Positions 61,101 to 64,000 of a stretch of DNA of 64,000 bases are shown piece by piece. Location: NCBI GenBank assembly GCA_002269645.1, contig NIVC01000928.1:251424-315423 (forward strand), given 5' to 3'. The stretch's first letter is position 1; each line of letters begins with the position of its first letter. Under the pieces are notes generated by a model. That model saw only the letters and a list, made by a program, of their open reading frames with translations, made no database searches and was not told where the DNA came from. The DNA comes from Macrostomum lignano. Taxonomy: Eukaryota. The translations under genes and the position numbers were made by a program.

Positions 61101-63600
61101 GGCAGCCGGGTGTCCAGGGTCGAACCGCTGTCGGACAGCTTTGCGGACATTGCGGCCAGGTCCTGATCGAGTTCCGGTCGCGAGACCGGCGGCGCTGACC
61201 TCGAGGTCGGCGAGTTCGGACGAGAGGTCGTCTAAGCGAGTGCGGAGGTCCTGTAGGCCAAAGCGTTGTTAGATATACTTAATGAGCTTAGCTGAGGTTG
61301 TAAATAGATGCGGTAGCTTCCAAAGTAGACAGACATTAACAGAGCAGATAGACAGCAGAGTAGATAGACACACTGCCAGGGCAGATAGACACACTGCCAG
61401 GGTAGGTAGACACACTGCCAGGGCAGATAGACACACTGCCAGGGCAGATAGACACACTGCCAGGGCAGATAGACACACTACTAGAGCAGATAGACACACC
61501 ACACTACTAGAGCAGATAGACACACTGCCAGGGCAGATAGACACACTGCCAGGACAGATAGACACACTGCCAGGGCAGATAGACACACTGCCAGGGCAGG
61601 TAGACCCAGCAACTCACCCGATGAGACTGGAGCGCATTCTCAGCATCCGCAGACCGATATCCACTGGCTGGCTGATCCTCATGAGCTCCAGGCCGCACTG
61701 GTCCACCCTGCGTGCTGCCTCCCACAGGCGCTGGCGCAGCTCCTGTCGAGACTCCAGCGCCGAGTCAGGCGCCTGACGCGATCCTTGAGAGCCGCGGCCA
61801 ATCTGAAATAATCCGAGCTGTTCAGTGCGGACTCCAGATCGTCCTGTGACTCATCCTGAGTCGGCATCACGTCGAAACACTTCAAGGATCTCAGAGCAGG
61901 CTATCAAGCCAAAACTGACATGAGTTCAGTTTTCTCCATTGAAGATCGCAAGCGCACAACAGTCGCAATTTTATTCTTCGGAAAACGACCCAGCCTGCCC
62001 CGTATTTTATTTCTTTATATTGTCTTAGACCTTGGCTGCGCTGCCAGCCACACCAGTTCAAGTGCTCAATGCCGCTAGCTGGACAGAGGCAGGTAGAGAA
62101 GTACTACAGTGAGCAGGCTTGAGGTGAAATGCCACAGGCTGAGTACACAGGACGAGAGAGAGAGAGATGATGATGGAGACAGAGAGGGCGGGTACGAAGT
62201 TTCGTGCCAGCCAGAGAACAATAAGACATTTAATTTCTTGCTTCATCGCCCTTTCTTTACAATTTTGAACAAACGAGATTGGAATTTCTAGCGCCAAAAA
62301 GGTAAGGATAAAAAGCTGTGTTTTTGTCGGTGCTCAGGTGTCTTTATGATGCCCCTCTCGACCTCAGCTGTGTAGGTGGACGCATTGTAATAAACGGAGC
62401 TAATTGCTCACCTCAAGTAATGCCCAGCGCTTAAATTCCATTTCTTAAGTACAATCGCCATCAAACTACTAAGAGTAGACATAAAAATCTGTTCATTCAA
62501 GTTTAAAATAGAAATTTCAGAAACAACATATATAACTACTTTTTAGTACTAAAAGTAGAAATGCGACCATTTTAGCAGCAAAAATTTAAGGAAAACAACA
62601 AAAAACTACTATGAGTAGAGCAAAAGCAAATTTTACAAAAACACAGCACAAAAATCTTACCTCTCAGTCGAAGGCGAAGATTCTGCACCTCCTCGCCCTG
62701 GCTGTTGCGCCGACTCCGTCCAGCAACGCGAACGCCGCGCCCAGCCGATTTCAGCTCGCGCATTCGTCGAAGAACTCGCTGCAACGTTGCAGTGTCCACT
62801 TCTTCCTTGAAATCTTTGTCGTCAAAGTAGTCTTTGTTGTTTGCCAGCTCGGATTCGGCCTCGGACAGCCAAGCGGCCGCTTTGTCGAGCGCTTCGCGAG
62901 TCACAGCGGCGTCCGCGCTGGCCTGTCTTAGTCTGGACCGGATGGCCACAGCCTGGTGGCCGAGACGGAGTGCCTGCGAACAGGTGGGGCCAAATGGAAA
63001 TCCGATGACTTTTTTCACCTGACAGTTTTTACACCAAACTACTTGAAAAAATCCAAGTCGCCCGCGTAAAAAACCAGTAAAAACGAGTTGACTAACCGCT
63101 CTTCCAGATCGATCAGCACCTTCTCAGTTGCCAGGTAGGCGTCGCTGCCGTCCGCCTCTGCTGGGTCATCGCCCGACGATCCGGCGCCAGAATCCTTCGT
63201 TGAAGGCTCTCGCAGCTCTGCCAGCTGGTCGGCCAACGATTTCACTTCGTCCAAAGCCTGACGAATCTTTGACGACTCGCCGTCAGCTGCGGTTTGTCGA
63301 TGACAAGAATTCGGCGAAAACGGCCTCCAACGAGCGAATCCGCTTGGAGCAGTCGGCCAGGCCCTGCTCAAATCGACGTCGAATGTCCAAAGCGGTGGCA
63401 AGTCGGCGCCCGCGCTCCGACGTTGCCGCCGATAGCGCCGACAGCAGCTGCTCAGCGTCGGAGCCGCGTCGACGAAGGGCGGCTCGTTCGGCCGACATGG
63501 CCGACGCTGACGGCGGCAGTCGCTGGACAATTCGGCGAGAGCGATCGGTCAGGCTGGCCAGGGACTGGCGGCAGGTGTCCATGAGGGCGACGGCTCTGGG
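18931..63600 (-). CDS. SYNE1: Giant nesprin-1/Msp300-like spectrin-repeat KASH protein; 31 exons in the window, 5' end outside the window
   Basis: Exons from 43 kb to 19 kb join in frame with AG/GT ends. Exons 26-27 (LRGWLLATERELQAKLVYEACDFAEIQRK; VINLCELLIYERDACPTEQERLAIQRAMRSLEQRWRRICQRAMERRLEIEDTWRCWQK) closely resemble the conserved C-terminal spectrin repeats of nesprin-1 as I recall them. The last exon is TM plus a KASH-like tail. Confidence 0.88.
19245..19550. repeat. 53-bp G/T-rich minisatellite
   Basis: gggagtttt recurs every 53 bp; last nesprin intron. Confidence 0.93.
19759..19883 (-). CDS. SYNE1: Nesprin exon 30 (RLDSVDAV...poly-Ala)
   Basis: ttgtag acceptor, gtatg donor in phase 2; bridges exons 29 and 31 in frame. 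Confidence 0.8.
20313..21248 (-). CDS. SYNE1: Nesprin exon 29 (spectrin repeats)
   Basis: 936 bp, phase 0/0, AG/GT. Confidence 0.88.
21930..22095. repeat. 19-bp repeat (GAGTACTATAAAAGTACAC)
   Basis: Short degenerate array. Confidence 0.85.
22279..22749 (-). CDS. SYNE1: Nesprin exon 28
   Basis: 471 bp, phase 0/0. Confidence 0.85.
22963..23619 (-). CDS. SYNE1: Nesprin exon 27 (most conserved nesprin-1-like spectrin repeats)
   Basis: 657 bp, phase 0/0; VINLCELL..DAC..RWRRIC..MERRLEIEDTW motif. Confidence 0.92.
23645..23945. repeat. 23-bp minisatellite (GCAGGTAGATTACTCAAACAACT)
   Basis: Fills most of a 390-bp intron. Confidence 0.95.
24010..24339 (-). CDS. SYNE1: Nesprin exon 26
   Basis: 330 bp, phase 0/0; spectrin repeat with LDDRW and LRGWL. 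Confidence 0.9.
24625..25680. repeat. 45-bp minisatellite (GGAGCAGATTTTCAGGTAGATTTGGGGTAGATTCATAGTAGTTTT)
   Basis: ~23 copies. Confidence 0.97.
25810..25906 (-). CDS. SYNE1: Nesprin exon 25
   Basis: 97 bp, phase 2/0; YDRLMEWLTGME. Confidence 0.85.
26026..26243 (-). CDS. SYNE1: Nesprin exon 24
   Basis: 218 bp, phase 0/2; DYLKTFE...WREFNDR. Not in the ORF track. Confidence 0.85.
27108..27458 (-). CDS. SYNE1: Nesprin exon 23
   Basis: 351 bp, phase 0/0; LDARWQAV..CLAWLREV. Confidence 0.87.
27495..28145. repeat. 27-bp AT-rich minisatellite (TACTATCGATACATATCGGGAAAATAT)
   Basis: Fills the intron between exons 22 and 23. Confidence 0.94.
28160..28606 (-). CDS. SYNE1: Nesprin exon 22
   Basis: 447 bp, phase 0/0; LEQQWNAV..LMNWLADTE. 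Confidence 0.88.
28690..29095. repeat. 20-bp minisatellite (GCGGTAGAGGGCGGATATAA)
   Basis: Directly visible; degenerate on the left. Confidence 0.92.
29148..29489 (-). CDS. SYNE1: Nesprin exon 21
   Basis: 342 bp, phase 0/0. Confidence 0.86.
29570..30155. repeat. 21-bp CT-rich minisatellite (CCCTCTCCTTCCCCCTCCATG)
   Basis: Abuts the exon 20 donor. Confidence 0.93.
30168..30440 (-). CDS. SYNE1: Nesprin exon 20
   Basis: 273 bp, phase 0/0. Confidence 0.82.
30900..31313 (-). CDS. SYNE1: Nesprin exon 19
   Basis: 414 bp, phase 0/0. Confidence 0.86.
31380..31700. repeat. ~20-bp degenerate repeat (AATAGGTCACTGAATGGGTC)
   Basis: Directly visible. Confidence 0.85.
31798..32310 (-). CDS. SYNE1: Nesprin exon 18
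   Basis: 513 bp, phase 0/0. Confidence 0.84.
32375..33090. repeat. 43-bp minisatellite (GCTAGGTCACTCCCATACAGTCAATTGTCACTATATGCACAAA)
   Basis: Directly visible. Confidence 0.95.
33165..33884 (-). CDS. SYNE1: Nesprin exon 17
   Basis: 720 bp, phase 0/0; acceptor could be 6 nt downstream. Confidence 0.84.
33915..34270. repeat. 25-bp minisatellite (ATTTCAGATCCCCATTCTCCCGTTT)
   Basis: gatcc recurs at 34021, 34046 and 34071. Confidence 0.9.
34329..34538 (-). CDS. SYNE1: Nesprin exon 16
   Basis: 210 bp, phase 0/0; DWAELDDRLAQLDAWV. Confidence 0.8.
34600..35490. repeat. 26/31-bp minisatellite (CCCCTGATTAGAATCCTTCAAA[CCAAA]ATCG)
   Basis: Fills the intron between exons 15 and 16. Confidence 0.95.
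35524..35895 (-). CDS. SYNE1: Nesprin exon 15
   Basis: 372 bp, phase 0/0; LRIDWEELR..LHSWAEYLETAE. Confidence 0.86.
36010..36410. repeat. Degenerate array of ~11-bp GGTAGTTGAAG subunits
   Basis: Directly visible. Confidence 0.88.
36531..36854 (-). CDS. SYNE1: Nesprin exon 14
   Basis: 324 bp, phase 0/0. Confidence 0.84.
36985..38430. repeat. 39/41-bp minisatellite (AAAAATACCATAGACTGGGGTCATCTGAGGACGAGTGTT)
   Basis: ~35 copies with small indel variants. Confidence 0.96.
38811..39086 (-). CDS. SYNE1: Nesprin exon 13
   Basis: 276 bp, phase 0/0, ttttcag acceptor and gtgag donor. Confidence 0.78.
39460..39821 (+). mobile_element. tRNA-derived SINE, copy 2, with a perfect 14-bp TSD
   Basis: A box TAGCTCAGCGG at 39470-39480, B box GGCTCGATTCC at 39513-39523, tail CTAATAAAAAAAA, TSD AAGCCTCGATTATA at 39446-39459 and 39822-39835. 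Confidence 0.92.
40312..40422 (-). CDS. Candidate alternative terminal exon: TM helix plus short tail (LLLLLVLLPFILLTCMFLSADCLLTVYRLLPPRSVY*)
   Basis: ttaac branch-like site and ttttcag acceptor in phase 0, matching the exon 12 donor; ~20 hydrophobic residues, then 16 aa and TGA. Confidence 0.5.
   Translation of the reverse strand: MLLLLVLLPFILLTCMFLSADCLLTVYRLLPPRSVY
40735..40932 (-). CDS. SYNE1: Nesprin exon 12 (alternative acceptor at 41007 possible)
   Basis: RLQSGIQDHHSLIQSLGNDFERL...VDSG, gtaag donor in phase 0. Confidence 0.7.
41745..42605 (-). CDS. SYNE1: Nesprin exon 11 (spectrin-like repeats)
   Basis: 861 bp, phase 0/0. Confidence 0.86.
42715..43290. repeat. 23-25-bp minisatellite (GAATGTACAGAGAGGGTCCCCGGCT) with longer higher-order units
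   Basis: Directly visible. Confidence 0.92.
43958..45082 (-). CDS. SYNE1: Nesprin exon 10: beta-rich FHA-like repeats; three apparent +1 frameshifts
   Basis: Start and end are in the same frame, but the middle switches frames near 44930, 44911 and 44640. Repeated motif V-x-V-N...L-x-P-G/A-D-x-I/V-x-L. Confidence 0.7.
45676..52245 (-). CDS. SYNE1: Nesprin exon 9: 6.57-kb exon with 33-bp coding tandem repeats (EVPSAEASPTR; RSVPSAEASPA)
   Basis: 2125-aa open frame; phase-2 acceptor at 52245 and phase-0 gtaac donor at 45675. One 1-nt deletion near 52150 is needed to reconcile the phases. Confidence 0.85.
46200..49200 (-). repeat. Coding 33-bp tandem array, ~90 units of 11 aa (V-P/L-S-A-E-A/V-S-P-T-R-E)
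   Basis: Variant units are spaced at multiples of 33 (198, 264, 462, 1980 bp). Confidence 0.97.
50200..51320 (-). repeat. Coding 33/66-bp tandem array (RSVPSAEASPA and RSVPSAEAVVIEEGQSTEASPA)
   Basis: Directly visible in DNA and translation. Confidence 0.95.
52406..52551 (-). CDS. SYNE1: Nesprin exon 8 (NSKKQLRAAEHRLSEF...EQRFS)
   Basis: ttcttag acceptor, gtaag donor in phase 2, 146 bp. Confidence 0.8.
52665..52935. repeat. 28-bp minisatellite (GGGAGGCTGGCCCAGCAACTGAGGATCT), short block
   Basis: Same family as 54015-55370. Confidence 0.92.
53489..53941 (-). CDS. SYNE1: Nesprin exon 7
   Basis: 453 bp, phase 0/0. Confidence 0.83.
54015..55370. repeat. 28-bp minisatellite (GGGAGGCTGGCCCAGCAACTGGGGATCT), long block
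   Basis: ~45 copies. Confidence 0.96.
57032..57580 (-). CDS. SYNE1: Nesprin exon 6
   Basis: 549 bp, phase 0/0; ELESWIGEAK. Confidence 0.84.
58430..59300. repeat. CTACT/CTATCT-based 21-bp minisatellite
   Basis: Abuts the exon 5 donor. Confidence 0.94.
59315..59656 (-). CDS. SYNE1: Nesprin exon 5
   Basis: 342 bp, phase 0/0. Confidence 0.83.
59925..60935. repeat. 20/21-bp minisatellite (CCCAGAACCCACTCAGACACC)
   Basis: Abuts the exon 4 donor. Confidence 0.94.
60941..61250 (-). CDS. SYNE1: Nesprin exon 4 (one apparent +1 frameshift near 61176)
   Basis: DLRTRLDDLSSEL... joins ELDQDLAAMSAKL...; length 310 = 3n+1. Confidence 0.72.
61345..61610. repeat. 21-bp minisatellite (AGATAGACACACTGCCAGGGC)
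   Basis: Fills most of the intron between exons 3 and 4. Confidence 0.93.
61618..61802 (-). CDS. SYNE1: Nesprin exon 3 (two apparent -1 frameshifts near 61766 and 61661)
   Basis: Restored reading LAAALKDRVRRLDSALESRQELRQRLWEAARRVDQCGLELMRISQPVGYRSADAENALQSHR. Confidence 0.62.
62661..62973 (-). CDS. SYNE1: Nesprin exon 2 in window (probable indels)
   Basis: ALDKAAAWLSEAESEL spectrin motif; AG/GT ends, but phases need indel correction. Confidence 0.65.
63097..63600 (-). CDS. SYNE1: Nesprin exon 1 in window (frameshift near 63300)
   Basis: tttgcag acceptor; ATALDIRRRFEQGLADC frame continues into the RQTAADGESSKIRQALDEV frame. Confidence 0.68.
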
Positions 63601-63774
63601 CTGCAAATTTTTGGCGACGAAAAATGTACTTCTAAAGTTTAAATGGCTTTTAAAATGTACTTTAAAAGCGAAAGTGCTTTATATTACGAGCGTAAGTGTA
63701 CACATAATTTAAACCCGATGTACTATAATGAATGTACTTTAAGCCCTAAGTACTATAGTGCCTGTACTTAGTGT

Positions 63775-64000
63775 CATGTAAACAATCATAGAAGCGTCAT
63801 GTAAAAAATCGTAGAAGCGTCATTTACAAAATCATAGAAGCGTCATGTAAACAATCATAGAAGCGTCATGTAAAAAATCGTAGAAGCGTCATTTAAAAAT
63901 CATAGAAGCGTCATGTAAACAATCATAGAAGCGTCATGTAAACAATCATAGAAGCGTCATATAAAAATCATAGAAGCGTCATGTAAACAATCATAGAAGC
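63775..64000. repeat. 23-bp minisatellite (TCATAGAAGCGTCATGTAAACAA)
   Basis: Runs off the window end. Confidence 0.93.

Overview
Eukaryotic (metazoan) genomic DNA. GC-rich exons and introns filled with minisatellites suggest a flatworm such as Macrostomum, but that assignment is inference. Three spliced genes were reconstructed by hand, all on the minus strand. (1) The 3' part (31 exons, about 18.8 kb CDS, about 6,300 aa in the window) of a giant nesprin-1/Msp300-like spectrin-repeat gene. It ends in a divergent KASH tail at 18931 and has a 6.6-kb exon of 11-aa SPxR repeats, an FHA-like beta-repeat exon and a candidate second transmembrane terminal exon at 40312-40422. (2) A two-exon secreted single-WSC-domain protein with a cationic N-terminal segment. 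(3) The first six coding exons of a calbindin-32/Cbp53E-like EF-hand gene, including a GC-AG intron. Mobile DNA comprises two copies of a tRNA-derived SINE (one with a perfect 14-bp TSD) and a 1.56-kb non-autonomous foldback-type element with tandem-repeat TIRs and an 8-bp TSD. About 30 distinct tandem arrays fill the introns, and most long entries in the ORF track are artefacts of them. About 11 single-base frameshifts cluster in three patches of the nesprin gene, probably long-read consensus errors. No CRISPR array, rRNA or intact tRNA gene was found.
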